Shown here: piece after piece, positions 20,779 through 29,989 of the stretch
Layout of the letters: the number at the start of each line of letters is the position of its first letter
Position numbering within the stretch: position 1 is the first letter of the stretch
Origin: an uncultured delta proteobacterium
Lineage (GTDB): Bacteria; Desulfobacterota; WTBG01; JAGOGO01
Length of the DNA: 64,000 nt
Assembly (NCBI GenBank): GCA_963727835.1
Contig: CAVSIB010000059.1
Location: 7,102-71,101, forward strand
Direction of reading: 5' to 3'
The notes under the pieces: model-generated
What the model was told of the DNA's origin: nothing
Databases searched by the model: none
What the model saw: the letters and a program-made list of their open reading frames with translations, nothing else
Program-made: the position numbers and the translations under genes

Positions 20779-21197
20779 CCGGGAAAGAACTTCGCATTGT
20801 CGGTTTCCTATGTAACTGGTGTTCCTACGGAGGGGCGGACACAGCAGGAGTAGGTCGTTTCAAACAGCCCACTGATCTTCGTATTATCCGGGTTCCTTGT
20901 TCTGGAAGGGTTAATCCTCTGTTTGTGGTAAAAGCACTGCTTAACGGTGCTGATGGGGTTTTGGTGTCTGGGTGTCATCCCCGTGACTGCCATTATTCGG
21001 ATGGAAATTTCTATGCCCGCAGGAGGCTCGAGATGTTAAAGCGGCTCCTTCCTTTCTTGGGCATTGATGAGCGCAGGTTTCACTATACTTGGGTATCTGC
21101 TTCCGAGGGCGCTCGGTGGAAAAATGTCGTGACTGATTTTACCAAAGCAATTCATAAACTCGGGCCACTCCACCACAAAAAGGAGAAAACAGAGTGA
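20766..21197 (+). CDS. mvhD: MvhD/FlxD-type protein (methyl-viologen-reducing hydrogenase delta subunit family)
   Basis: FLCNWCSYGGADTAG...IRVPCSGRVNP...VLVSGCHPRDCHY is the MvhD signature. Overlaps the hdrA stop. Confidence 0.92.
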   Translation: MSYVAGKELRIVGFLCNWCSYGGADTAGVGRFKQPTDLRIIRVPCSGRVNPLFVVKALLNGADGVLVSGCHPRDCHYSDGNFYARRRLEMLKRLLPFLGIDERRFHYTWVSASEGARWKNVVTDFTKAIHKLGPLHHKKEKTE

Positions 21198-22141
21198 CCA
21201 TTGAAAAGCTGAAAGAGGCGGCACGCAAGATATTACCTGAGGTCGATGTTGTGATCGGCTATCGCCAAGGTTTTGATCCCTTGCATGCGACCCCTTATTT
21301 TATGACAAAGCCGGAACAGGTAGACCAACTCATCTGGAATCCGCTCTGCGTACAAAACCTCTGTTCCTATCTTCCTTTTTTGAAGGGAAAAGTTGGGGTG
21401 ATAGTAAAAGGCTGCGACAGCCGCACGATTGTCCAGTACATGCAGGAAAAATTAATCGTACGAGAAAATGTTAAAGTCATTGGCGTTCCCTGCCTCCGGG
21501 TTATTTCCGTTAAAAAGGTCCTGGCCGCGATCAATCAGCAGAGTGTCAAGGAAGTGACGTTTGAAGGTGAAAATATCGTCGTAAAGACTCCCGAAGGTCA
21601 AAAGACGATCCCTTTAGCGGATGTTGCGCCGAGAAAATGCGTGACCTGTCAATTAGCCACTCCACTCCAATATGATGTTTTAGCAGGAGAGGGGATTCAA
21701 TCCAATAAGCCGCAGGACACCTTTGAGGAAACCAAAGAATTTGAAAAACTATCACTCGAAGAGCGGAGCGCGTATTGGGAGAAGGAATTTGACCGGTGTA
21801 TTCGCTGTTATGCCTGCCGGAATGCTTGCCCTATGTGCATCTGTCAGGATAAGTGTATTGCTGAAAGCCGTGACCCCCACTGGACTTCTCAGCGTGCTAA
21901 TGTGACGGAAAAATTTATGTTCCACATGATTCACGGTCTCCATTTAGCGGGCCGATGCATTTCGTGTGAAGAATGCGAGCGGGTCTGCCCGATGGATATT
22001 CCGGTGGCGAAAATCAAAAAGAAAATCAGCATGGATTTAAAAGAACTGTTTGGTTATGAAGCCGGAATGAACCCCGATGATACACCACCCATGTATGTCT
22101 TTAAGGTAGAAGAGGCAACTATTGAGGAGCATGAACTCTGA
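21194..22141 (+). CDS. Fe-S protein, FlxC-like (two 4Fe-4S motifs)
   Basis: 315 aa with CIRCYACRNACPMCIC and CISCEECERVCP. Its position between the mvhD-like and AsrA/HydB-like genes matches the Flx module described next to hdrABC in Desulfovibrio. Confidence 0.7.
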   Translation: MTIEKLKEAARKILPEVDVVIGYRQGFDPLHATPYFMTKPEQVDQLIWNPLCVQNLCSYLPFLKGKVGVIVKGCDSRTIVQYMQEKLIVRENVKVIGVPCLRVISVKKVLAAINQQSVKEVTFEGENIVVKTPEGQKTIPLADVAPRKCVTCQLATPLQYDVLAGEGIQSNKPQDTFEETKEFEKLSLEERSAYWEKEFDRCIRCYACRNACPMCICQDKCIAESRDPHWTSQRANVTEKFMFHMIHGLHLAGRCISCEECERVCPMDIPVAKIKKKISMDLKELFGYEAGMNPDDTPPMYVFKVEEATIEEHEL

Positions 22142-23185
22142 TGGCTGATACTGGTTTTCTCCCCAAAGAAAAATTGAACACATTACTCGAAGCCTTAAGC
22201 AAAAAACTCCAGGTCTTCGTGCCGGTTTTAGAAGGGGACGTTGTGCTTTTCAGGCGTTTTGCTTCGGGAGTAACGCTCTGCCTTACCCGGCCGGCTAATC
22301 TTCCACCCAAGGGGATTATCTTTCCGCAAAGCGAGACGCTGTTTAATTTCAATTTTAAAAAGGACCCGGAAGATCTCAAAAAGAGTTCTTTAGAACTAAA
22401 GGAAAATTTAGATTTTGTTCCAACAATTATTTTTGGCGGCCGACCCATGCGATGCTCAAGGATTTCGTATCTATGACCGGGTCTACCTTGAAACCGACAC
22501 CGCTGATCCTTACTATAAAGGAAGAAGAGAGAAAACCACCATTATCACGCTAACATGCAATGCGCCCTCTCCTGGTTGCTTCTGCACATCCGTGGGACGA
22601 GGCCCAGCCGAAAGCGATGGCTCTGACCTCATGATGACCGAGATGGAAAAAGGTTATTTCTTTGAGCCGATGACGGAAAAAGGGGAAGAGATTCTCAAAG
22701 ATAGTTTGTTTGAAGACGGCAGTGCGTATAAACAACAAGCACAAAAAGCTCACGAAAAAGTCTCCGCGTTAGTGAAAAAACCATTTGCCACCCTTGAAGG
22801 GACACCGGAAAAACTCCTTTCTCTTTTTGATAATAATCAATTCTGGGAAGGAGAAACCGCGAAATGTATCAGCTGCGGTGCCTGTACCTATCTGTGCCCC
22901 ACCTGTTACTGTTTTAATATTACTGATGAGGAGGTTGGCAATACCGGTGAACGGATCCGCAGTTGGGACGCCTGCATGTTTTTTCACTTTACCTTAGAGG
23001 CAAGTAGCCATAACCCAAGGCAAAACAAACACCAGCGCTTAAAAAACCGCGTGGGACATAAGTTTAGTTATTACCCGAAAAAATATAATGGCGTAATCGC
23101 GTGCTGTGGTTGCGGCCGGTGTATTCGTTACTGTCCGATGTCAGTGGACATAAGTGGAATTGTTGCTCATGCTCAAGGAGCTTAA
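22141..23185 (+). pseudogene. FlxB-like Fe-S protein (AsrA / sulfhydrogenase beta family), split by a 1-nt insertion
   Basis: ORF 22141..22476 ends ...PTIIFGGRP and then runs out of frame. ORF 22415..23185 resumes CDAQGFRIYDRVY..., with CISCGACTYLCPTCYC and CCGCGRCIRYCP. Reading CGA CCA TGC GAT instead of the observed CGA CCC ATG restores GGRPCDAQ. The extra base is in the C run at 22444-22446. Confidence 0.8.
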
Positions 23186-23188
23186 AGG

Positions 23189-24025
23189 ATGAGTTCGATA
23201 CATAATCCCTACCTCCCTGAATTAGCCACGGTCATTAAAATTATTGATGAGACGCCCAACATCAAGTCTTTTCAGGTGGTATTGAATGATCCTGAGAAGA
23301 TGAAAAGTTTTACCTTTGAACCGGGCCAGGTAGGACAGCTTTCTCTTTTTGGCGTGGGAGAGTCAACCTTTGTCATTAACTCTCCGCCCACGCGAATGGA
23401 ATATCTGCAGTTTAGCGTAATGAAAGCAGGGGAAGTCACCAGCGCCCTCCATGAACTTGCCGAAGGGGACCAAGTTGGCGTTCGCGCCCCCTTGGGAAAC
23501 TGGTTTCCTTATGCGCATATGAAAGGGAAAAAGATCCTTTTTATTGGAGGCGGTATCGGTCTTGCTCCGCTTCGCACCTTAATTCTTTTTATGCTCGATA
23601 ACCGGGCTGACTATGGCGATATCACTATCATCTATGGCGCCAGAACCCCGAATGATCTTTGTTACAAGGATGAACTTAAGGAGTGGGAAGCACGGCCGGA
23701 TGTGAACATGATTTTGACAGTGGATAACGAATTTCCCGGCTGGGATAAACGGGTCGGGTTAGTACCCAACGTCCTTAAAGAACTTGCTCCTTCTCCGGAA
23801 AATACCGTTGCCATAACCTGCGGTCCCCCGATCATGATTAAATTCACGCTCCAGGCTTTGTCAGCGCTCAAATTTAACGACGAGCAGATCATCACAACCC
23901 TGGAGAAGCGTATGAAGTGTGGAATTGGAATCTGCGGCCGCTGTAATATCGGCACCATGTATGTATGTAAAGACGGCCCGGTCTTTTCTCTCACCCAACT
24001 CAAAGAACTCCCGGCAGAACTCTAA
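23189..24025 (+). CDS. FAD/NAD(P)-binding oxidoreductase with C-terminal 2Fe-2S site (FlxA / AsrB / HydG-like)
   Basis: FTFEPGQ..L flavin-binding beta barrel, nucleotide-binding ILFIGGGIGLAPL, and C-terminal CGIGICGRCN. Confidence 0.85.
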   Translation: MSSIHNPYLPELATVIKIIDETPNIKSFQVVLNDPEKMKSFTFEPGQVGQLSLFGVGESTFVINSPPTRMEYLQFSVMKAGEVTSALHELAEGDQVGVRAPLGNWFPYAHMKGKKILFIGGGIGLAPLRTLILFMLDNRADYGDITIIYGARTPNDLCYKDELKEWEARPDVNMILTVDNEFPGWDKRVGLVPNVLKELAPSPENTVAITCGPPIMIKFTLQALSALKFNDEQIITTLEKRMKCGIGICGRCNIGTMYVCKDGPVFSLTQLKELPAEL

Positions 24026-24072
24026 CAATACGCCCCAAAGCGATTTTGGAAAAAAACAATAGAAACTTAAAA

Positions 24073-24097
24073 GCCTCCTTTTAAGGAGGCTTTTTTT
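24073..24097 (+). terminator. Rho-independent terminator of the hdr-flx operon
   Basis: GCCTCC-TTTTAA-GGAGGC hairpin followed by TTTTTTT, 48 nt after the flxA-like stop. Confidence 0.85.
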
Positions 24098-24167
24098 ATC
24101 TTTATACCAGATACGCGTTAAAAAATTGCCGTTTGGTGTTCTTGCCCCTTCTAATTTACTCTTCGCA

Positions 24168-24434
24168 TTAAGTTTGCATTTCTGCGTCGGCAGTTATCTT
24201 TACCGCGTAATCATCTAAAGCTTTTCGGAATTTTTGATGGGCATATTGAGCAACTTTTTTATCAATTTCTTCACCGACCTCAAAAGCTGATCTGGGGATC
24301 ATAGGTGCGGATAAATTCCACCTTAGTTGTGATTCATATTCTTTTTTAGACTGTAGATGGTTCAGTATCCAGTTGCCCCAATTGGTTACTATGGGCATCG
24401 TTCTCGAAAGAATCACGAGAAAAAAATTATCCAC
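24168..24434 (-). CDS. Hypothetical protein (88 aa from GTG; 76 aa if started at the internal MPIVTNW)
   Basis: Open reading frame only. I recognise no family. It is preceded by a heptamer tandem repeat. Confidence 0.35.
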   Translation of the reverse strand: MDNFFLVILSRTMPIVTNWGNWILNHLQSKKEYESQLRWNLSAPMIPRSAFEVGEEIDKKVAQYAHQKFRKALDDYAVKITADAEMQT

Positions 24435-24483
24435 TGATACGGACGCATTGCAAAGAATACATCTTTTCTCCTCTCACTTCTTT

Positions 24484-24514
24484 CACTTTACCCTTTACAC
24501 CTTACGCTTTACGC
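24484..24514. repeat. Heptanucleotide tandem repeat (CTTTACN, about 4 units; GTAAAG on the minus strand)
   Basis: CTTTAC at 24486, CTTTAC at 24493, CCTTAC at 24500 and CTTTAC at 24507, each offset by exactly 7 nt, between two minus-strand ORFs. Confidence 0.8.
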
Positions 24515-24516
24515 TA

Positions 24517-24882
24517 TTAAATCTTGGACCAGAATTTAAAGAGGTTTTCCATCCATTCCTCAAAATCAAGATACTTGCCGGATTGATGATCATAGCGAGG
24601 CATGAGGAGTCTTTCGTTTCCTTCCTGCCTTTGCTCATCAGCCTTTTTTCCCAGAAAAACTTTGAGTTCCTCTTTTGAAATTCCAAAGTCGTGGGCAATC
24701 TTTTTTTCCCCCACAGCATTCCGGTTAACCGCAGCCATCTGCCAAAGCGCCCTAAACTTGATCTCTGTGACCTCCTCTGGTTTCAAATCCAGCTCTAAAG
24801 CAACTAAGACTGCCCGCTCAAAATTTCCCTGTTCAATTTCTAATTTTAATTTTTCTTGAGTTCCCTTTTCTTCCATAAGCAA
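24517..24882 (-). CDS. Hypothetical protein (121 aa)
   Basis: Intact ORF with a charged helical N-terminus (EKLKLEIEQGNFERAVLVALELDLKPEEV). No family recognised. Confidence 0.45.
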   Translation of the reverse strand: MLMEEKGTQEKLKLEIEQGNFERAVLVALELDLKPEEVTEIKFRALWQMAAVNRNAVGEKKIAHDFGISKEELKVFLGKKADEQRQEGNERLLMPRYDHQSGKYLDFEEWMENLFKFWSKI

Positions 24883-25061
24883 AAAAAATGATCCATAAAA
24901 GATTAATTTTTGTCTTGCGAATAAAAATCGTTTTTTTTATTCTTTTTAACGTCTCCCTTTGATTTTTTGGGGACTCATCCGATAACTTCTTGACAATCCT
25001 ATTAAAAACATTTTATTTTTGCAATATTAATTTTTCTCAAAAATGCAAGCTTAAGGAAAAA

Positions 25062-25421
25062 ATGATGACCGACTATAATCAAGCAGACCATCGCCCTTGG
25101 GGATATTTTCTGGTCCTCTCTGACCAGCCAGACCATAAGGTAAAACGGATTGTGGTTTATCCCGGCCACCGTCTCAGTCTTCAGCGCCATAAACAAAGAA
25201 CGGAACACTGGTTTATCGTTGACGGTGAAGCGATGGTGACCCGTGATAATGAAAATGTTAAACTGAGTGGCGGCCAAGCAATTGATATCCCTCAACGAGC
25301 ATGGCATCGAGTCAAAAACCCCGGAGTGCGCGACCTTGTCTTGATTGAAATTCAAACCGGAAAATACTTTGGGGAGGATGACATCGAACGAAAAGAAGAT
25401 GACTATGGACGCACCCCATAA
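25062..25421 (+). CDS. Cupin domain protein (mannose-6-phosphate isomerase type II C-terminal-like)
   Basis: RPWGYFLVLSD...KVKRIVVYPGHRLSLQRHKQRTEHWFIVDGEA...IPQRAWHRVKNPG...LIEIQTG.YFGEDDIER matches the ManC-type cupin. ATG at 25062. Confidence 0.8.
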   Translation: MMTDYNQADHRPWGYFLVLSDQPDHKVKRIVVYPGHRLSLQRHKQRTEHWFIVDGEAMVTRDNENVKLSGGQAIDIPQRAWHRVKNPGVRDLVLIEIQTGKYFGEDDIERKEDDYGRTP

Positions 25422-25633
25422 AAAAGGGGGCCCGAAGAAAGGGGCAGAAATTTAATTCCCCAAGTGCTTTTGCTTTTGATAGTGCTGAAACGACCTCCTC
25501 GCACCAAGCAACGTCCGCCATGCTTGGCCCCCGGGACTTGCAGAATGTATTGCTGGTACTTTTCAGGGTTCTTCACCTTGGATTCGATGATCACGTAGGC
25601 TGACAGGTACCCATTTTCTCCCTTGCCGAACAA
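25403..25633 (-). CDS. DUF1330-like protein, possibly C-terminally truncated
   Basis: YVIIESKVKNPEKYQQYI....GGRCLVRGG resembles the N-terminal half of DUF1330 proteins. The C-terminal third diverges, and the ORF ends inside the 3' end of the convergent cupin gene. Confidence 0.35.
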   Translation of the reverse strand: MFGKGENGYLSAYVIIESKVKNPEKYQQYILQVPGAKHGGRCLVRGGRFSTIKSKSTWGIKFLPLSSGPLFYGVRP

Positions 25634-25743
25634 TGTTTATACAGTCCGTATAGTACTGCAAATACAGACTGTTCCCCCTGCATCCCCTTGCAGTCATACC
25701 AAATAACAATCTTAAAGGGAGAACAATGAAAAAGGGGGTCAGG

Positions 25744-27534
25744 TTAATTGTTGAGCGTAAAATCTTTCAGCTCTTCCGGAAAGCGGGAGAATAATTCCTG
25801 TTGAAGAAAATCTTCTACTTGTTTGGTGATGGAAAACTTGAGAATTTCATTTACCAACTGCTGACATTCCCGATAATAGGTAGAACGGATCATCTTCTTT
25901 ACCCTTAATAAAGAAAGCGCATTCATACTCAATTCATCAATCCCAAACCCTAAAAGAATCGGCGTATAAAAAGGCTCCCCTGCCATTTCACCGCACATGC
26001 TGACCCGTATCCCTTCAGCGTGCGCGGCATCCACAGTCCTTTTTATAAATCTCAGGACCGCGGGATGCAGAGGTTTGTAAAGATGGGAAACATGTTCATT
26101 CACCCGGTCAATAGCGAGAAGATACTGAATAAGGTCATTGGTGCCGATGCTGAAAAAATCAACCTCCTTCGCCAAGAGATCAGCAATCACCACTGCCGAG
26201 GGAATCTCGATCATAATCCCCACCTCTATGGCTGGGTCAAAGGGTTGTTCTTTTGCCTTTAATTCCTTTTTAACGTCCGCAATAATGTCTTTGATCTGAT
26301 AAATCTCCTGCATTCCGGAAACCATGGGAAAAAGAATGCGGACTTTCCCCAAAGCGCTGGCGCGCAAAATCGCCCGGATTTGAGTTTTAAAAAGATCAAC
26401 TTCCCGAAGTCCCAGTCGAATCGCCCTCAGCCCTAAAGCAGGATTCATCTCCTGGGCCACATTTATTCGCGAGATAAATTTATCGCCTCCGAGATCAAAC
26501 GTACGGATGGTAGTAGGATTGGGAGAAATTTTTTCGACCACCTTTCGGTAGGTCTGAAAATGTTCCTCCTCCGAAGGGAGCTCCGGACGATTGAGGTAGA
26601 GAAATTCGGTCCGGTACAGTCCGATCCCCTCCGCGCCGTGGTGGAGAACTGAGGGAAGCTCTTCAGTGATTTCAATGTTGGCTAAAAGCCTGATGCGATA
26701 CCCATCCCGGGTTTCAGCCAGCAGTGGTTTGAATTTAAGAAGCTCTTTTTCCGAATAATCATATTTTTCCTTTTTCGCCCGATAGTCATTAAAAACTTTT
26801 TGTGAAGGATGAATGATAACTTCCCCAGAAATCCCATCCACAATAATCGAATCGCCACTCTGAATCTGTCGGGTAACCGTTTCTAAACCAACCACTGCTG
26901 GAATCTGTAAGGCTCGGGCCATAATAGCAGTGTGAGACGTTCTTCCTCCAACATCAGTAACAAACCCAAGGACCTTCTCCAAGTCTAAGTGAGCAGAATC
27001 TGCAGGAGACAAATTACGAGCCACAATAATTACCTTTTCCGATACTTTTTGGCGATCGATTTTTTCTGCTCCCATCAGGTTCTGTAGAATTCGCTGCCCC
27101 ACGTAATCAAGGTCGGTTTTCCGTTCTCTTAAATAATCATCTTCGATCTCGGAGAAAGCTTTCTGTAAAGTATTCAGGACGCTTTTAAAAGCCCAGGCCG
27201 CGTTAATTTTTTCCTTACGAATGTGATTGGTGGTCTCCTTAATTAATAATTTATCTTCTAAGATCATCAAATAAGCATCAATAATAAAATAACCTTTTTT
27301 AAACCCTTTCTTTCGTATTTCCTTTTTCGTCTCTAAGAATTGACTTCGGGTGGTATCAATCGCTTTTAAAAATATCTTGATCTCTTTTTCAATTTCATCT
27401 TTCTCGTTCAAAGAATACGTGGGGATTTCAACTGTTCCCTCCTCAACCAGAAAAGCTTTACCCAGAATTATCCCGGAGGAAACTCCAATCCCCTGAAGGC
27501 GAATGTCTTGTGTTGGCTGAGATTCCATTATCAC
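25744..27534 (-). CDS. ptsI: Phosphoenolpyruvate--protein phosphotransferase (PTS enzyme I)
   Basis: 596 aa. Active-site His region GGRTSHTAIMARALQIPAVVG, PEP-utilising domain GIGLYRTEFLY, and C-terminal FFSIGTNDLIQY and MCGEMAG. Confidence 0.93.
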   Translation of the reverse strand: MIMESQPTQDIRLQGIGVSSGIILGKAFLVEEGTVEIPTYSLNEKDEIEKEIKIFLKAIDTTRSQFLETKKEIRKKGFKKGYFIIDAYLMILEDKLLIKETTNHIRKEKINAAWAFKSVLNTLQKAFSEIEDDYLRERKTDLDYVGQRILQNLMGAEKIDRQKVSEKVIIVARNLSPADSAHLDLEKVLGFVTDVGGRTSHTAIMARALQIPAVVGLETVTRQIQSGDSIIVDGISGEVIIHPSQKVFNDYRAKKEKYDYSEKELLKFKPLLAETRDGYRIRLLANIEITEELPSVLHHGAEGIGLYRTEFLYLNRPELPSEEEHFQTYRKVVEKISPNPTTIRTFDLGGDKFISRINVAQEMNPALGLRAIRLGLREVDLFKTQIRAILRASALGKVRILFPMVSGMQEIYQIKDIIADVKKELKAKEQPFDPAIEVGIMIEIPSAVVIADLLAKEVDFFSIGTNDLIQYLLAIDRVNEHVSHLYKPLHPAVLRFIKRTVDAAHAEGIRVSMCGEMAGEPFYTPILLGFGIDELSMNALSLLRVKKMIRSTYYRECQQLVNEILKFSITKQVEDFLQQELFSRFPEELKDFTLNN

Positions 27535-27587
27535 GACCTTTGAAAATTAAAAATGCGCCGCCTCATGGCTTAAGGATAAACCATAGT

Positions 27588-28304
27588 TCATTCTTTTTTT
27601 AAAGGCAATACTTTTTCTATATAGCGGCTAGTTGAAATTAAAACAGTAAACTCACCTTTAACTTTTCTCTCGCTCAGTGTTTTTAAAACGTCAGAAAGGG
27701 GGCCTCTTATGATCTCTTCATAAAGTTTCGTAAGCTCTCGGGCAACCACCACCCACCGCTCACCGTAAATGTCTAAGAAGTCTTGCAGGGTTGCTACAAT
27801 TCGATAGGGAGATTCATAGAAAATAAGGGTCCGATCTTCGTTTTGAAGGCTTTGAATAAATTTTCGGCGAGAATTTGACTTCTTGGGTAAAAACCCTTCA
27901 AAACAAAACCGATCCGAAGGAAGTCCCGACGCACTCAAGGCAGTAATGACAGCGGACACCCCCGGAATGGGTATCACGGGTATAGTATGGTGAATCGCCA
28001 GATTAATTACATAATATCCAGGGTCCGAAACCCCCGGAGTTCCGGCATCAGAAACTAAAGCAACTGACTTACCGGAAAGGAGACACTGTAATATTTTTTC
28101 TCCTTGACGCTTTTTATTGTAGTCATGATAAGAGGTAAGATCGACTTTGATGTCATAAGCGTTCAAAAGGACCCTAGTCCTTCGCGTATCTTCCGCCGCG
28201 ATCAGGTTCACCTGCTTAAGCACATTAATTGCCCGGAAAGTGATATCTTCCAAGTGGCCGATCGGAGTAGCGACAATATATAAGGTACCGGGAGAGGTTT
28301 CCAT
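27588..28304 (-). CDS. rsmI: 16S rRNA (cytidine1402-2'-O)-methyltransferase
   Basis: LYIVATPIGHLEDITFRAINVLKQVNLIAAEDTRRT and SDAGTPGVSDPG are RsmI tetrapyrrole-methylase-fold signatures. Confidence 0.92.
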   Translation of the reverse strand: METSPGTLYIVATPIGHLEDITFRAINVLKQVNLIAAEDTRRTRVLLNAYDIKVDLTSYHDYNKKRQGEKILQCLLSGKSVALVSDAGTPGVSDPGYYVINLAIHHTIPVIPIPGVSAVITALSASGLPSDRFCFEGFLPKKSNSRRKFIQSLQNEDRTLIFYESPYRIVATLQDFLDIYGERWVVVARELTKLYEEIIRGPLSDVLKTLSERKVKGEFTVLISTSRYIEKVLPLKKE

Positions 28305-28339
28305 AACAATTTTTTTGTCTTTTACCCGTGCCGTCTGAT

Positions 28340-29113
28340 CTATTGACTTATTTCGTCTTCCCCTTCCGGTTGGGATAAAACCTGAAGAACAATGTCAATT
28401 GCGTGCACTAATGCCTTTTTATACTTTTGAGTCGTATATCCAGGATTCCATTGTTGGGCAAAAAGTTCATCCGAAACAACCAGCAAAGCCCCCACCTCTA
28501 CTCCATAAAAAGCACCCACTTTTAAAAAAGCCGAAAGTTCCATTTCAACCGCAATTGCTTTTTTCTGTTGAGCGTTTTTTATTTTTTGTGGTGTTTCCCG
28601 AAAGGGAGCATCAGTGGTCCAGACCTTTCCGCAAGCCCACGTTTGTGCCTTTACCTCGCACAAGGATTGTATCCTCCTGAGAAACCTCGGGTTCGCTTTT
28701 ATCTTTTTCCCGGGCAAAGGGTAATGGGATGACGTCCCTTCGTCCGGGATAGCGTTTTGGGGAATGACTAAATGCCCGATCCGGAGTTTTTCATCTAAAG
28801 ACCCACATGAGCCTACCCCGATGATGTGACGAGCGCCAAAGGCAATTAAGACTTCAAGCACCATGGCAGCCACAGAAGCGCTCATTCCCGGTCCGGCAAG
28901 GGTAATGGGTTTATTGTTGACCATGATGGTCTGCAAGGAACAGAACTTAAGATTTTTCCGAGATCCCGGGACAAGGTGGATTTTGGCAAGAAGCGAATTC
29001 CAATCAAAAGAATCAAAAACAACCAAAGCCTGAGGACAGACCTCAACTTTTTTTAAAAGATCATATGGCCGGATAAGCGGTGTTGTTTGAGAATCAGTTT
29101 TTTGAATACCCAT
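28340..29113 (-). CDS. Nucleoside phosphorylase family protein (PNP/UDP family 1)
   Basis: GPGMSASVAAMVLEVLIAFGARHIIGVGSCGSL and AVEMELSAF fit the PNP_UDP_1 fold. The substrate is not assignable. Confidence 0.7.
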   Translation of the reverse strand: MGIQKTDSQTTPLIRPYDLLKKVEVCPQALVVFDSFDWNSLLAKIHLVPGSRKNLKFCSLQTIMVNNKPITLAGPGMSASVAAMVLEVLIAFGARHIIGVGSCGSLDEKLRIGHLVIPQNAIPDEGTSSHYPLPGKKIKANPRFLRRIQSLCEVKAQTWACGKVWTTDAPFRETPQKIKNAQQKKAIAVEMELSAFLKVGAFYGVEVGALLVVSDELFAQQWNPGYTTQKYKKALVHAIDIVLQVLSQPEGEDEISQ

Positions 29114-29603
29114 GCTTGGTTTATTTCCAACAACTAGTTGGTCTTCAGTCTAAAATTTTGATTTTATTTTTTACCTTGTTTGTGACAATAAGTCATTAAT
29201 ATCTAAAAAGATATTTTTTTCTAATGTTTTTTTAAAAATAAGCCACTATTTCTTACCAAATATTTTTTCTCATTAAGCCTTGGGAGCACTTACTAGCTTT
29301 CAACCAACCGGATTTATTTGATTTTACTTGTCTGAAATTTTTTATAGGGATAATTTCCAACGCCGCGATTTAACAATAATTAAAAACATACGAATAACCT
29401 GTTGAAAAATATTAATTTTTAAGAAAAGTGTTTTTTTTCTTGACAATTTATAAAAAATCTAAAAGTATTGCATCTTTTTTATTTGTTTTTTTTACATGAT
29501 TTGATTTTTTATCAGGAATTTATCGGCTGAAAAAATAAGGTGTTGCCACCAATGCCAGCTAAATACTAAAAAAGTAATTTTTTTATGAAAGGGGTAGGTT
29601 ATC

Positions 29604-29891
29604 ATGATTTGTCAAACGTTAAAAAATGGTGTAGAATGTATATTTATGAAACAGAGTGGCTGCGGTTATAATGGAGGCAAATGTTATAACATTGTTGAAA
29701 GCTGTGAGGGGTGTAGCCGAATTCAAGAGTTCGAAACTGGAAAATTTTGCTCTTCGTATGCGGAGCCAGGCATGAAATGGAAAAATGGCCAATGCAATTT
29801 TGCCACTCACATTGTCAAGGAATCTGCCGCGCCCAAAAAAGTCGTTAATGCCCTTAAGGCTTCCAAACGGAAGGCTACAGGGAAAATGTAA
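29604..29891 (+). CDS. PxxKW family cysteine-rich small protein
   Basis: 95 aa with many Cys (CGYNGGKCYNIVESCEGCSRI..FCSSYAEPGMKWKNGQCNF), including the eponymous PGMKW motif, and a Lys-rich tail. GGGGTAGG RBS upstream. Confidence 0.65.
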   Translation: MICQTLKNGVECIFMKQSGCGYNGGKCYNIVESCEGCSRIQEFETGKFCSSYAEPGMKWKNGQCNFATHIVKESAAPKKVVNALKASKRKATGKM

Positions 29892-29911
29892 TTTCGAATT
29901 TTTACCAATTT

Positions 29912-29969
29912 TTCGGGTGGGCGGTTTAACATATCCCCATTTCCCCTCTTCCCGGCCGCCCCACCCGAA
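29912..29969. terminator. GC-rich hairpin between convergent genes (probable bidirectional terminator)
   Basis: TTCGGGTGGGCGG (29912-29924) pairs with CCGCCCCACCCGAA (29956-29969) with one bulge and a 31-nt loop. ACCATTTTTT follows on the plus strand. Confidence 0.5.
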
Positions 29970-29989
29970 ACCATTTTTTCGACCTCACA

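Noticed and set aside
29114-29603. The 490-bp AT-rich intergenic region as an origin, prophage attachment site or CRISPR leader
   Set aside because: It has no DnaA boxes, no repeat-spacer periodicity, and no integrase or tRNA nearby. It looks like an ordinary, if long, promoter region.
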